Shown one piece after another: positions 13,661 through 27,398 of a stretch of DNA of 64,000 bases. Made by a program: the position numbers and the translations under genes. How positions within the stretch are numbered: the stretch's first letter is position 1; the number at the start of each line of letters is the position of its first letter. This DNA comes from Octopus bimaculoides (lineage: Eukaryota): assembly GCF_001194135.2 (NCBI RefSeq), contig NC_068983.1:147639534-147703533 (forward strand). Direction: 5' to 3'. A model generated the notes under the pieces. It saw only the letters and a list, made by a program, of their open reading frames with translations, had not been told where the DNA came from and ran no database searches.

Positions 13661-14410
13661 TATGGAATAGGGGTAACGTCATATATCAGCCTACTTATAC
13701 CTGTATCTTCTATGGCTCCAACACACATTTTCCCTCACTCCTACGTGCAAGTATTCTATCTCAGCAGTGGTCTCTTATTATTCTTTTATTCTACGTGTAA
13801 TTATTTCTTTAAAACTCTTTTGTAATACCTATGTGTGTCTTTGCGAATGGCTGTGTGTGCTCGTACTCGTCTCTATATGAGTGTGCAAGAAGGTATTCGT
13901 GAAGCTTAGTGATTAATATTTCCTTGCAATTAATACTGTTGAGTTTATATGGGCCTTCACTTAATGCATTCAATCTTAAAGGTATATGGGTAAAGAAGCA
14001 ATAAGAAGGACAAAGGTGATAGCGATAAAATGAAAGGATGGAAATACAGAAATACAGAAAGAGAAAAATGCATTGAATATAGACCACTGCCGAGAAATAT
14101 TTTCTCAAAGAATTCTCACTAAATGAATGGTGTATTAAACAAATAAATAATGGAGTTAAATGTAAAACCCATTTATGCTGTAAAGTAGTGGAAAATTAGT
14201 ATGTTGGAGGTAGTTAATACAGCAGTCAATGAAAGTAGCTAACACAGTTAATGGCAGATTTTAAAGCAGATCTGTGAGGTGTGTGCTGGAAGTGTCAAAG
14301 ACTTTGTTTAACACAACCATGCATTTTATAGCAAACGCGGCATGCAAACACTGGAGACAATGTTACGACTTTTCGGTTTGTCACACAAACGCAGGCACGC
14401 ACACACACAC

Positions 14411-14466
<56 letters not shown>

Positions 14467-15189
14467 NNNNNNNNNNNNNNNNNNNNNNNNNNNNNNNNNN
14501 NNNNNNNNNNNNNNNNNNNNNNNNNNNNNNNNNNNNNNNNNNNNNNNNNNNNNNNNNNNNNNNNNNNNNNNNNNNNNNNNNNNNNNNNNNNNNNNNNNNN
14601 NNNNNNNNNNNNNNNNNNNNNNNNNNNNNNNNNNNNNNNNNNNNNNNNNNNNNNNNNNNNNNNNNNNNNNNNNNNNNNNNNNNNNNNNNNNNNNNNNNNN
14701 NNNNNNNNNNNNNNNNNNNNNNNNNNNNNNNNNNNNNNNNNNNNNNNNNNNNNNNNNNNNNNNNNNNNNNNNNNNNNNNNNNNNNNNNNNNNNNNNNNNN
14801 NNNNNNNNNNNNNNNNNNNNNNNNNNNNNNNNNNNNNNNNNNNNNNNNNNNNNNNNNNNNNNNNNNNNNNNNNNNNNNNNNNNNNNNNNNNNNNNNNNNN
14901 NNNNNNNCAGTATCCTTTACCTTCGTCGATCATTGTTGATGTCAAAAAAAAAAATTTGTTAGAGAATTGATGAGCTGAGAACGTGACTTAGTTTCGATGA
15001 CTACTTGACTCCTTTTTGTAAATGTTTTTGTCGGTCAGTCAGAGAAGGAAGTGTTGCATCCATTGCCCTATTCAGGGTTTCCAAAACGGTTGGAAAGAAC
15101 TTATCTTCGTATCGAAGTTCTAACCTTCGCTAAAAGTTCTTAAGGATTAATACCTTTTAAGGACTGTGCACCCCTAAGGAAGAGAAACA

Positions 15190-15330
15190 GTCTTGTCAAC
15201 TGTCTTCGCATAGTCTATAAAATGTTGCCCACGGGGCTATAGCAGTAAACACTAACCCAAAATGCGACGTAGTGGGATCGAACCCAAAATGACGTATTTG
15301 CAAAGGAAGCATCTTAAGAACACAGCCACA
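15190..15330 (-). mobile_element. SINE family B 5' fragment, old
   Basis: GGCTATAGCAGTAAACACTAACCCAAAATGCGACGTAGTGGGATCGAACCC..CACAGCCAC is a diverged match to the family B head. Confidence 0.55.
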
Positions 15331-15717
15331 ACTAAAGAAACGAGTTATTGTAAGTGGTATGGTTAATCTTGTAGAATGGTATCCTCAGTTCAGTTTCAGT
15401 TTTAAGTTGGAGCCAATGTACGTGAATGCCGAAGCTGCTCTGTCATCTGCAGAAACACCCTAATGTGTTCTCATTTAATTATGTTCGCTCAGGGAGTCCG
15501 TATATTTGTTGTTATTGTTTTTGTTGTATTGAAGTTTCTTGTTTAGCTCCAAGAAAGGTATGAAAGAGCAGACCCATGATCGTAAGCATTATAACTGTGA
15601 CCGTTTTGTTCAATCTATCCTTCACTTTTTAAGAGCGTAATGGGGGAGCAAGACGTGATTTGAAAAGGATTTGGTTGTTATTTCTTGTAAATTGATTGGC
15701 AGCGTAAGGACTTCCCC

Positions 15718-16113
15718 GTTTGCTCCTTGCAGTCATTTGACTGCACACGTGCTGGAGCACCACCTTAAAGTTTTTTTTAGTCGAAAAAATCGACATCAAA
15801 ACTTATTCTATGTAAACCTAGTACTTATTCTATGGGTCACTTATGCCGAACCACTAAGTTGTGGGGACGTAAACATACCAACATCGATTGTCAAGCAATG
15901 GTAGGAGGACAAACACAGACACAAAGACACACGCATAAATATATACTTATACGTATGTACGACAGGCTTCTTTGAGCTTCCGTCTACTAAATCTACCCAC
16001 AAGGCTTTGATCAGCCGACGCTATAGTAGAAGACACCTGCCCAAGGTTTCACGGAGTGGGACTGAACCCGAAACCATGTGGCTGGGAAGCAAACATCTTA
16101 CCACATAGCCACG
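15718..16113 (-). mobile_element. tRNA-derived SINE, family B, full length, diverged
   Basis: Collinear with 11926 and 17660 from tail to head (…CCACATAGCCACG = GTGGCTATGTGG A box on the minus strand). Confidence 0.9.
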
Positions 16114-16270
16114 TATATATAGATAATTTTGCGGCTGAGGATAGCTTTACATTGTAGATTATGCACATATTATATTATGTTATATTATATTATACACATG
16201 TAGAGCTTGAAACACGTGTACCGCGGAATCCTTTGTAGTTTTGTTGTTATTCTTTTCTTTTGGATTTACA

Positions 16271-16306
<36 letters not shown>

Positions 16307-16503
16307 NNNNNNNNNNNNNNNNNNNNNNNNNNNNNNNNNNNNNNNNNNNNNNNNNNNNNNNNNNNNNNNNNNNNNNNNNNNNNNNNNNNNNNNNNNNNNN
16401 NNNNNNNNNNNNNNNNNNNNNNNNNNNNNNNNNNNNNNNNNNNNNNNNNNNNNNNNNNNNNNNNNNNNNNNNNNNNNNNNNNNNNNNNNNNNNNNNNNNN
16501 ATA

Positions 16504-16600
<97 letters not shown>

Positions 16601-17154
16601 GGTGCTCCAGCATGACCGCAGCTGCATGGTTGAAACGAGTAAAAGAGTAAATGTGTGTGTGTGTGCGTATATGCGTGTGAGTCTGTATGGCCAGAAAGAA
16701 AGAGAAGTGAGAAATATCAAGCGACAAAAAGATAGAAAGACAGACTGGTCGATAGCTTCACTGAATTAAAGAACGAAAAAAGAGTAAATTCAAAGAAAGA
16801 AAGTGAAACAAACTTAAAGAAAATAAAGAGGTATTAATCAAAAGCCTGCGAAGGCAAAGTAATTATTTCGCACCGAAAGCTACCAATATTCTGACTGTCC
16901 TTAAGGCACGAAGTAAACTAATAACAAAAAGCAGTTGTAAAGCTGAGTCGTTGGTTTTCTTGGCGGGAAGTCTTTAGTTGGAAGTTACAAATCAAACAGA
17001 ATCAACAACAGTGTAACAGCATTAAACGTAATATGACGTCCGATGCAGGTTTTGATATTAGAAAATATACGATCTCTATATAAAAACGAAAACGCCTGCG
17101 ATTGCAGTCGTTTTCGAAAGTGCCAAATGCATGCGTACATCGTGCGCATGTCTG

Positions 17155-17192
<38 letters not shown>

Positions 17193-17659
17193 CGTGTATG
17201 CGTGTGTGCCGGGGCGCGAGCGCGCTGAATTGTGTGTGTTTGTGTGCTGCGTCTGTAAGTGCACAAAGAGGTACGGTGAGTACAAGCGTAAGTGAGTTTA
17301 AGTTTGCATTTATCAAACACCTATCTATCATATATACCTATGCATACATGCAGCTCATATATGCGCACGCACGTGTGTGTGTGTGTGTGTGTATACGCAC
17401 ACGCGCGTGAATATAAGTATTATTGGTCTGTAAGGTTACATAAGCGATTTGATTCAAGGCCCAAGAGATCAATAGGTACAATTTGGTAAGCGCAATAAAC
17501 GAAAATTTTCGGTTGTTGAATCACATATGCAGCTAAACAAAAAAATATAATCTGTATAAACTCTTAGGCATGTAGTTCTATTCCTATAATACTGACTTGC
17601 CTCTCTCTCTATTTCTTTCTCCACCCTGTATATATATATATATATATATATATTGTCTA

Positions 17660-18045
17660 TTACTCTCTTTTGCTTGTTTCAGTCATTTGACTGCGGCCAT
17701 GCTGAAGCACCGCTTTTAGTCGAGTAAATCGACCCCAGAGCTTATTCTTTGTAAGCCTAGTACATATTCTATCGATTTCTTTTGCCGAACCGCTAAGTTA
17801 CGGGGACGTAAACACACCACCATCAGTTGTCAAGCGATGTTGCGGGGACAAACACAGACACACAAACACGCACATATATATATACATATATACGACGGGC
17901 TTCTTTCAGTTTCCGTCTACCAAATCCACTCACAAAGCTTTGGTCGACCCGAGGCTATAGTAGAAGACACTTGCCCAAGGTGCCACGCAGTGGGACTGAA
18001 CCCGGAACCATGTTGTTGGTAAGTAAGCTACTTACCACACAGCCA
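17660..18045 (-). mobile_element. tRNA-derived SINE, family B, full length, abuts an N gap
   Basis: Same architecture as the other family B copies. Head TGGCTGTGTGGTAAGTAG on the minus strand. Confidence 0.92.
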
Positions 18046-18549
18046 NNNNNNNNNNNNNNNNNNNNNNNNNNNNNNNNNNNNNNNNNNNNNNNNNNNNNNN
18101 NNNNNNNNNNNNNNNNNNNNNNNNNNNNNNNNNNNNNNNNNNNNNNNNNNNNNNNNNNNNNNNNNNNNNNNNNNNNNNNNNNNNNNNNNNNNNNNNNNNN
18201 NNNNNNNNNNNNNNNNNNNNNNNNNNNNNNNNNNNNNNNNNNNNNNNNNNNNNNNNNNNNNNNNNNNNNNNNNNNNNNNNNNNNNNNNNNNNNNNNNNNN
18301 NNNNNNNNNNNNNNNNNNNNNNNNNNNNNNNNNNNNNNNNNNNNNNNNNNNNNNNNNNNNNNNNNNNNNNNNNNNNNNNNNNNNNNNNNNNNNNNNNNNN
18401 NNNNNNNNNNNNNNNNNNNNNNNNNNNNNNNNNNNNNNNNNNNNNNNNNNNNNNNNNNNNNNNNNNNNNNNNNNNNNNNNNNNNNNNNNNNNNNNNNNNN
18501 NNNNNNNNNNNNNNNNNNNNNNNNNNNNNNNNNNNNNNNNNNNNNNNNN

Positions 18550-18590
<41 letters not shown>

Positions 18591-18599
18591 CTTCTTCTA

Positions 18600-19050
18600 A
18601 GGAAGTAGCCGGTTTTTAAAGAAGGTACAAAGTCCCATCGTTAGAATGTAAGATAACAAAAACAATGATACTTTTAAAACATAAGAAAATTTTACATATT
18701 TTTACTGTTCCACTTACAGATTGTATGTGTAATGTGCGAGTTAGTGGGATGATTTCTTCTCCTGAAAATCCAAGCTATTCCAAACTCTCAGTTAGGCATT
18801 TTATCACAAAACAATGTGCTGCAATTATTATTGGTATAAATGTAAATTTGTAATCCGGATATAAAAGCTAGAGGTTTCGTAGTAGTTGTTCATAGATATT
18901 CTCTTTCTCTTTGATTTTCAAAGAGATATTCGCATCAACAGGACAGCTGACCTCTGTGACAGTACATCTTTCAGGTCATTTTTCCTTAAATTATGCAAAT
19001 TACTTTAGCCACAACTATGTTCTACTTCTTTTTTTCTTTTTATATAAGTC
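18600..19050 (-). mobile_element. R4/Dong LINE 3' end (restriction-like endonuclease)
   Basis: Minus strand CTVTEVSCPVDANISLKIKEKENIYEQLLRNL*LLYPDYKFTFIPIII..LHIQSVSGTVKICKIF, homologous to 55250-55560. Confidence 0.85.
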
Positions 19051-19308
19051 TAGGACCGTTGCCTACTGGAAATAATATCAAGATGAGCTAAAGGAAATTA
19101 CTGAGAGTGACCAGGATGCCCTTCCTGTCGCCAACATGTACTTGTTTCCTTGTAAAGTAATATTTTCTCTTGGCCACACATATTTTCACGGAGGATTGGA
19201 AATGGAAGACAATGCTTATATGCCAGTGACACTCGTTTGCCTTTATCACACTGTCAAAGCAAGGGGACAGTAGCACACACTCACACGATTATATATACAT
19301 TTAAGAGA

Positions 19309-19440
19309 GGCTTATTTCAGTTTCCGTCCACCATATCCATTCACAAAGTTCTGGTCGGTTCCGGATTATAGTAGAAGACACTTGTCCCTAGCCATGCAGT
19401 GAGACTGAACCTGAAACCATAAGACTGGGAAGCAAACTTT
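19309..19440 (-). mobile_element. SINE family B 5' fragment
   Basis: GGCTTATTTCAGTTTCCGTC..TATAGTAGAAGACACTTG..GACTGAACC matches the family B head. Confidence 0.7.
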
Positions 19441-19564
19441 ATATGCATTTGTAAGTAGTAGGACAAAACGGCGATGGGAAATATATAAACTTTAGCCTAG
19501 TTCAAATATGCTTGTAACATATTTTAATTTCTGAAGTGAATTTCACATTGAGTATATATATGTG

Positions 19565-19699
<135 letters not shown>

Positions 19700-20625
19700 A
19701 AATAAACCTTGTGTTGAAACCATGGGAAACTTTCGGCGAAACTTGACCAGATTTCCATAGTTTTTACCAGATCATTGGGAGTCCTTCTCATGGAATTGAT
19801 TAGATCTCCGAACGTTCATTTATTTACAGCTCATCCACAAACACACTGTATCAACTCTACAGATATTTAGTGCGGGCGCATACACACGCACATAGTTACA
19901 TGCATATTTACATAGAGACAATTATGCGAATAAACAAATAAAACAGCTTGGGTTTGATATACAAACATAAAATACATGTATACATGTAAACAGAGAGAAA
20001 GCAAAAACTGGGAATATAGATATTTATATGCTAACAGAGCATACTTAAAAAGAATACAGACAGAAGAGAAAATTAAAGGGGAGACAGTATGCTCATGCAA
20101 ATCTAGCAGCTGTTTCTGGGGAGCCATCTTGTTGGCAGATGTAGTTCACCAGAATATGCAGCCAGTAATGGAAGCAAACATACATGTCATATTTTTCTCT
20201 ACCCTGAAAACGGAGGCTCAATTCATCCCATGTTTATTGAACAGTTTTCAGTCTTTGCTTTCTCTCTATTTACATGGGCATACGTACAATTTTTTTCTAT
20301 ATTAAACCCAAGCAGATGTACTTGCTTATCCTCGATCAACTCTTGAACTCGAAAAGGGCGAAACGGGCCTCTCCTCTCCCGATCGGAAGCGGCCGTATAT
20401 CGCAGCCATTGCGATGTGACGAATGCACAGTGCCAAGTGGGCCACTTTTGCTCACCCGGATTCCTCTTATCGCCACTCTTTACCCCGTGAACTTGGTACC
20501 TCGTAAAGACGTCAGAGCCTAAGCACAAATCACTTGAACATTGCTATGTGTTTTCTGCATTAAGAATCTCCGAATGCCATCTGTTGACTCTACATACATA
20601 CACACACATACATACATACATACAT

Positions 20626-20695
<70 letters not shown>

Positions 20696-21516
20696 CAATT
20701 AAATATAAGGATAAAATCTATTTAAGATTATATCAAGTAGCCAGCGTGTAAGACCAATTAAGGAAAAAAAAAATAATACGAAGTATATAATATTTTAAAA
20801 TACATTTTTTTCATTAAGAGCTGAATCCTTTAAAAGAATTTCTTGTTTGTTCATTCCCTCGGCGCGTGTGTATATTTGATAAAGTAGTTTGACTTTAGCG
20901 TCCCTTTCCAGCGTGTGGCCATACTTATAGCAACAGCCTTTATGAAATAATTTTACATATATAAATATATATGCATAAAACAAAATAGAATGAAAAAAAC
21001 TACAGAAGATTTGTATTATATGGTCGAAAAATATATTAAAATCGTCATGTTAGGAAAATGATATAAAATTTTGTGTATAGTTACATTGTCTTTGGAGAAA
21101 TTACCGGTTTCGTACTTTCTTTTCAAATTTCTCAAATTTCTTTATCGATATTGTGTCATCTATTCGTTATGGTGTGATGTAGAAGAGTTCGAAACAGGGG
21201 GAGGTAATCAGGAATTTTTTTTCGGTATAAGCGAGATAATAAAAAATGTTGTGAATGATTAGGTTTTCTTAATTTAACATGATTTGGTTTTGATACAATA
21301 AAATGTTAGAAACGGTTAAGTTTTGGTTTATATTTTTCAAAGAGATAAGTTTCCTTATCTAAAAATGCTAGAAATAGTTAAGTTTTGTCTTATATTTTTC
21401 ACTGAAGTAGGTTTCCCTATTTAATCTAATTTGTGTTGGTGTTCCAATAGCACATTGATAAAATGGAAAGATTTTTATACATCCAGCCACGTGCTTTCAC
21501 ATACCAACTCTCTCAT

Positions 21517-21578
<62 letters not shown>

Positions 21579-21589
21579 GTATATACACC

Positions 21590-21975
21590 GTGGTAACATC
21601 AGTCTTTTCTTCAATCATTAAGTTTTTCACATTTTTCAACATCAGAATCCATGCCTAAGTGTCCTAGCAAGAGTTGATTAAGTCCCAGCTTGTATCCCGT
21701 TAGCACTACCCCTTTCAGAGCTCGAATCTCCTAATTCACAACTACATTGGTACAATCTCTGCAGTCTCCATAGCCAACTTCATTGCCTTCCACCTAGAAG
21801 CTCCTTCGATGCCAGTCATATTGCAAGCTATGCAGAAAGACTGAACTGCGAGCCCTCTGCATTCTACCTCGATGAGATCACACTTTGCTTGTCGTACATT
21901 CTATAAACATAGCTACAAACAGCTCAGCATATATTTTCCTCTTACTCTCATATTTGCTTCTTCAATGCGGTCCTC
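21590..21975 (-). mobile_element. Hero/NeSL-like RLE-type LINE, 3' end
   Basis: Minus strand EDRIEEAN.R..KY ... CDLIEVECRGLAVQS..GIEGASRWKAMKLAMETAE, matching the EEA.ERK..KY / EVGCRGF endonuclease motifs, followed by a 3' UTR. Confidence 0.6.
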
Positions 21976-22089
21976 AAAAAAAATAATAAAAGACAGAGGC
22001 TTCTGACAGAATCAATTGCTTGACGCTTTTGACATCAGCACTTTATCCGATTTTAGTGATGAGGTGGCAGGAAAATTTGTACACCCGCG

Positions 22090-22126
<37 letters not shown>

Positions 22127-23363
22127 TGAGATTTTATATCAGAAACGTTTTTTTCTTTTACCACTATTATTAAAGAGAATTATTTTTTCCCCATTTACTG
22201 TGTTTCTGACCATTATTTGACAGTTGCTCGCCACAGATATATTTTATCACTTAAGTGCACGTTAAGCAAAGCAATTTTATTAGTTTGTATTAAATATATA
22301 ACTGATGTCGATTTTCGTTGGAGTTAGTGTTAAAAATATGCACTCACTTTAACTTGGAATATTTCAGCTGGAAGCTGAAACTTCACAAATTGTTATGCTG
22401 AGTCACCTCCTAACGATCGAATGATTATTGTCCTTTAATCTAGCTCAAAACGATCAGTTAGGAATTAGATAAATATAGAAAAAGCCAAAGCCATTTAGTG
22501 AAAGAGCTTTACAAAGAACGGTTGGCAGTAATCTCAGCATTGTTGTTTTTGTTTATGTTCTTGGATGCTTGTGTTTCTACGTAAAATTTGAATACGAATA
22601 AATTTTACACTTAGCAAAAATCAAATGGTGGATAAATTTATTGTAATAATTTCTTATTTAGTCCAGGGCTAAAAGTATGGAGGTGTTTGTCGATTAAATT
22701 AACCCCGGTACTTGACTGGTATTTTATCGCATATAAAATTAGATTGTCCAATCTTGGATTTACTTCCTCATACAGTCATGATAGGTGTCCTTGAAATTTA
22801 GGCAGCAATTTGTACCTGTTTGAAAAATTTAAAAATATCTTTCAAGGTATTCATGGATCTGAGATGTTAGGCTGCTGCGGATGCACTCCATAATTTTTAC
22901 CTACAAACTATGTGCATTCAAATGGATAGTTTCGGAGACATTTTCAAATTTTGAAAATTATGAATCACATCACCTCTGTTTATTTTTAAATGATTTAATA
23001 AAAATCAAAGCCACCTAAAAAATGTTGAGATTTATCCTTTAATCTCGGAAATGTTTACATATTGGAAATATTAATATAAATTTGTAAATTCTCGCAAGAA
23101 ATTTCAGATATGTTTTTGTGTGAAGTACATCTTTTTACTTAAATGTATCTTATCTACACAATATATCACATCTCCAAATAACGGTCCTGTTGTCCGCCAA
23201 TAAGATCCTTGTGATGATATTTAAGCAGTTTCTCGGTACATTTATTAAATAATAAATTTATTATTCCATTCTTCACAATCTCCCGAAGATAGGCAATGGG
23301 AGAAACTTGATGTTTCAGATTACAATGAATTACAGAAATCTACTTTCAGTATTGAGTACTCTA

Positions 23364-23454
<91 letters not shown>

Positions 23455-23649
23455 GTGTGTATGTATGTATAAATACGCATGTAGATCCAAACATATTTCA
23501 ATATATAAACGTACACGTATATGTACATAAAGTCTCTTTATTTCTCACTGTCTCTCCTTCCCGCTCTACCTTTTTGTGTGCGCGCCTGTATGTGTGTGTG
23601 CGTGTGCGCGCGCACGTACGCAAATACGCATGCACTGGTATATACGTTC

Positions 23650-23689
<40 letters not shown>

Positions 23690-23705
23690 ATATATATATA
23701 CGTGC

Positions 23706-23744
<39 letters not shown>

Positions 23745-24688
23745 CTAATATGTGTGTATATTCATAAACACGCATGCACATGCACACACACATACAAACA
23801 TATACATGGAGGCACGCACACGTATATGTTTATTTCTATGCTCCAATACATCCATTCGCTTATACTTGCAGGCGTGCATGTTTCTATACTGATATATATC
23901 CATGTACATGTACTTACATGTACATGGATATCTTTTATAGATGTACACAGAAGCTAAAGTGTGCATGTATTCATAGCTTATACATATATATAGAGATACA
24001 TGCACACTTACGTGCATTCATACGTACAGACACATATCTCCATATCTACATTTATACATACATATGAGCACCCATACATACATATCGCAATGGAAGACAC
24101 GTGACAATATATTTTTTTGCCAGAGAAAAAGCAGAGGCGTGTTGAAACATAAGGAAACTGACACTTCCACTTACAGCTTAGGTTTTTACTTTTTCTTTCA
24201 CTTTCGTTTTACACATTTTGAATAGCGAATTGATTTTTTTCCCTCCATTTTGTTTCTATTTTGTTTAGCTTTGTTTTCTCTTAAACGTTCCATTCTGCTT
24301 TTATTTGCCGTTTGACAGCCACTCATCCACTTGAGTTTATTGACTGGTTTGGCTTTCAACCAAAGTGTGTGCATTTAGATAAAATAGAAGACAAGCGAGC
24401 TTGATCGTGCCTGGAAAGGCGTCGTCAAAGAAAAGTGCTGGATAAACTTGATCCAACCGCTGTCATAAAAGTAGTTGGCCAACAATTCTGTCCGTCTTAC
24501 ATTTTCTGCAGTTAATCACCAATACGTTTTGTTCTTAGACAAATATCCGTCACCTAAGTTATATAAAAGTGAACATTCGTACGATTGCATTTATCTACAT
24601 AAATGCACACGCACACATTCACACATGCATATATACACACACACACATATATACATATGTGTACATATACATTTATATGAATATATAA

Positions 24689-24727
<39 letters not shown>

Positions 24728-24878
24728 NNNNNNNNNNNNNNNNNNNNNNNNNNNNNNNNNNNNNNNNNNNNNNNNNNNNNNNNNNNNNNNNNNNNNNNNN
24801 NNNNNNNNNNNNNNNNNNNNNNNNNNNNNNNNNNNNNNNNNNNNNNNNNNNNNNNNNNNNNNNNNNNNNNNNNNNNNN

Positions 24879-24990
24879 ATAGCCTTCACTTAATAAGTGT
24901 TAGTGTGCATTTAAATACAGAGATCTATCTAGGTAGCTAGATAGATCTCTGTATTTAAATGCACACTAACACTTATTAAGTGAAGGCTAT
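24879..24990. repeat. Perfect 54-bp inverted repeat with a 4-nt loop, abutting an N gap
   Basis: 24879-24932 is the exact reverse complement of 24937-24990, with loop GTAG. Confidence 0.95.
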
Positions 24991-26206
24991 TTGATCAGCA
25001 CATAAATGTGTACACACATCCTATACTCATGCACATATGCACACACACGTGTGTGTGTATGTGTGTGTGTGTATGCATGCATTTATGTATGTATGATATA
25101 GAGACAGAGACATGTACTAAGAAATATATTTATTCATAAAGGAGCGTATAATATTTTGTTAAATGTTTATCTCCCTCTCATACTTACCCTCTTCTTTCAT
25201 CTTCATGTTGTCTGTTGTGAGCGTTTATGTGGGTGCGCATGCGTATATAATACATGCATACATGTATACATTTATACATACACACATACATATATATGTG
25301 TGTTTGTGTGTGCATATATATGTATATATATATGTATGTATTTATATATATATGTACATTTGTATAAATACACACAGACACACACACCCACACACACATA
25401 CACACACACACACACATACACACACGCATATGCATTGCGTATATTTAAATTCTCACTAAACTGCCACCATTCTTGCAGTCACTCATTCCATTAGCGTATC
25501 AAAGGCTCTCATCTTTCACCCACTGCTTATTTGTTGCTCCTCTATGATTCTATTACCTACATATACGTACATGCATAAAATTACATACAACCCTATATAC
25601 GTGCGAGCTTTCACGCAAGTATATATATGTGTGTGTGTGCGTGTTTATATATATTTGAGTGTGTGTTTGTGTATGCTTATATATATATAGAAGTGTGTGT
25701 GTGCGTAGTGCTGGTTTGTGTATGCTTGGGGGTGCGTGTGTTTGTGTGTTCCTTTTTACCTTCATGTAGACGTGGACGAGAAGATAGGTTTCGGTATGCT
25801 CTAAGCATGTACATAGTCATTGTTTCGATTCTCGAGCGAGGTATTTAACGTCAGTTACACTTCGTGCCTGAATATATCATCGATGATAAAAGGCTCGCAG
25901 TAGAGTGAAAAAAGATCAAGCTTTCAGGGGCCATCTATCTATCTATCTATCTATCTGTTTGTTTGTCTATCTGTATGTCTGTCCGTATGTGTGTCTGTGT
26001 ATTTATGTTTCACTCTTTCTTTGTTTCTCCCCCTCTCTCTCTTTCTTTCTCTCTCTTTATCTCTCCGTATGTATGTATATATATATGTATATATATATAT
26101 ATATATATATACGCATACATGTATTATGCATATGTACATATACATTTTATTTTCCACGGGAAAGCTCTCTCTCTCTCCCCTTTTCCTCTTGCCTTCTTCT
26201 TCTTTC

Positions 26207-26246
26207 TGTGTATCCGACGAAAGACTATGTCCGAAACGTTACACAT
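26207..26246 (+). ncRNA. Degenerate minimal type-I hammerhead ribozyme motif (PLE-type, family 2)
   Basis: TGTGTAT-CCGACGA-A-AGAC-TAT-GTCC-GAAA-CG-TT-ACACAT. The core is one substitution from CUGACGA, and stems I and II each carry one mismatch. Confidence 0.55.
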
Positions 26247-26694
26247 TTACTCTACAAATTTCTCTTTACAATTTTTTCCTTCTTTCTGCATCAACCTATT
26301 AACGTTAACTGTGAACGTCCCGAGCACTTTTGATTTTTTTATTATTTGGTTTTGTCTTTTGTTATTGATCTGCTTTATGTCGATATGTATGTTAACAAAC
26401 AAGGTAAAACAAAACGTAAGATTGTTTATGATATTTCGTCACATCTTACATTTTGCTAACGTAAATTGATTAATGGTTATATAAGCTAAATTCAATTAGC
26501 AAAAATATTATCAATTGGCCCGAGATACCTAATTTTATATGTAGCAATACTGGATTCAGGAGATGTTAACAGAATCAACCACCATGGAGATTGTCGCTTG
26601 TTCTTTATGTTTTTTTTTAATATATATTTGCTGCAAGTTGTTCATTTTTATGTGACCATATGCGTTTTCTTGAAGTCATATTCTTACTGATTGT

Positions 26695-27054
26695 GGAGGC
26701 GCAATGGCCCAGTGGTTAGGGCAGCGGACTCGCGGTGATAGGATCACGGTTTCGATTCCCAGACCGGGCATTGTGAGTGTTTATCGAGCGAAAACACCTC
26801 AAAGCTCCACAACTTTCACTCTTACCTCCTGTTTCTGTTGTGCCTGTAATTCAAAGGGTCAGCCTTGCCACACTGTGTCACGCTGAATATCCCCGAGAAC
26901 TACGTTAAGGNNNNNNNNNNAGCCTTGCCACACTGTGTCACGCTGAATATCCCCGAGAACTACGTTAAGGGTACACGTGTCTGTGGAGTGCTCAGCCACT
27001 TGCACGTTAAGTTCAACTGGAACCCTCGAAGTCGTAAGCGACGGAGTGCCAACA
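26695..27054 (+). mobile_element. SINE family A with internal deletions and 9-bp TSD
   Basis: Head GGAGGCGCAATGGCCCAGTGG and tail GGAGTGCCAACA. TTACTGATT occurs at 26684-26692 and 27058-27066. Contains a 50-bp duplication across a 10-N gap (assembly overlap). Confidence 0.92.
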
Positions 27055-27364
27055 TTTTTACTGATTAAGGTCATTCCAGAAGTAGGATTATTAGGCAAGG
27101 AGAAGACATACGAACAAAAGTTATAGCAAGCTAGATAAGCGGGAGTCAACTAAAAACGTTTAGATATATGAACCGAAACACCAGCAATGAAATGAAACTA
27201 AATACGCTCAGGAAAGCAGCAGAAAATAATCAAACGCTTAGAACTTATTCCCTTTATCAAAGAGATGGAAAGTAATTAGAGAAGCAAGAAAGAATAAAAA
27301 GGAACGATACTGAATTTACGACTTCTGTTTGTATTAGGTCTTGCATCTTTTATTGCTTTTCATT

Positions 27365-27398
27365 TACTTTGAGAAAGGGCATAACTCGAAACGTTAGA
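27365..27398 (+). ncRNA. Highly degenerate hammerhead ribozyme motif (family 2)
   Basis: ACT-TTGAGAA-AGGGC-ATA-ACTC-GAAA-CG-TT-AGA. The GAAACGTT half matches 26233-26240, and the CUGAGGA half has two transitions. Confidence 0.35.

Noticed and set aside
21305-21425. Two diverged units of about 62 bp, superficially array-like
   Set aside because: Only two AT-rich units with no spacers, in eukaryotic context. An ordinary tandem duplication, not CRISPR.
26861-26970. Exact 50-bp direct repeat inside a SINE
   Set aside because: The copies sit either side of a 10-N gap, the signature of an unmerged contig overlap.
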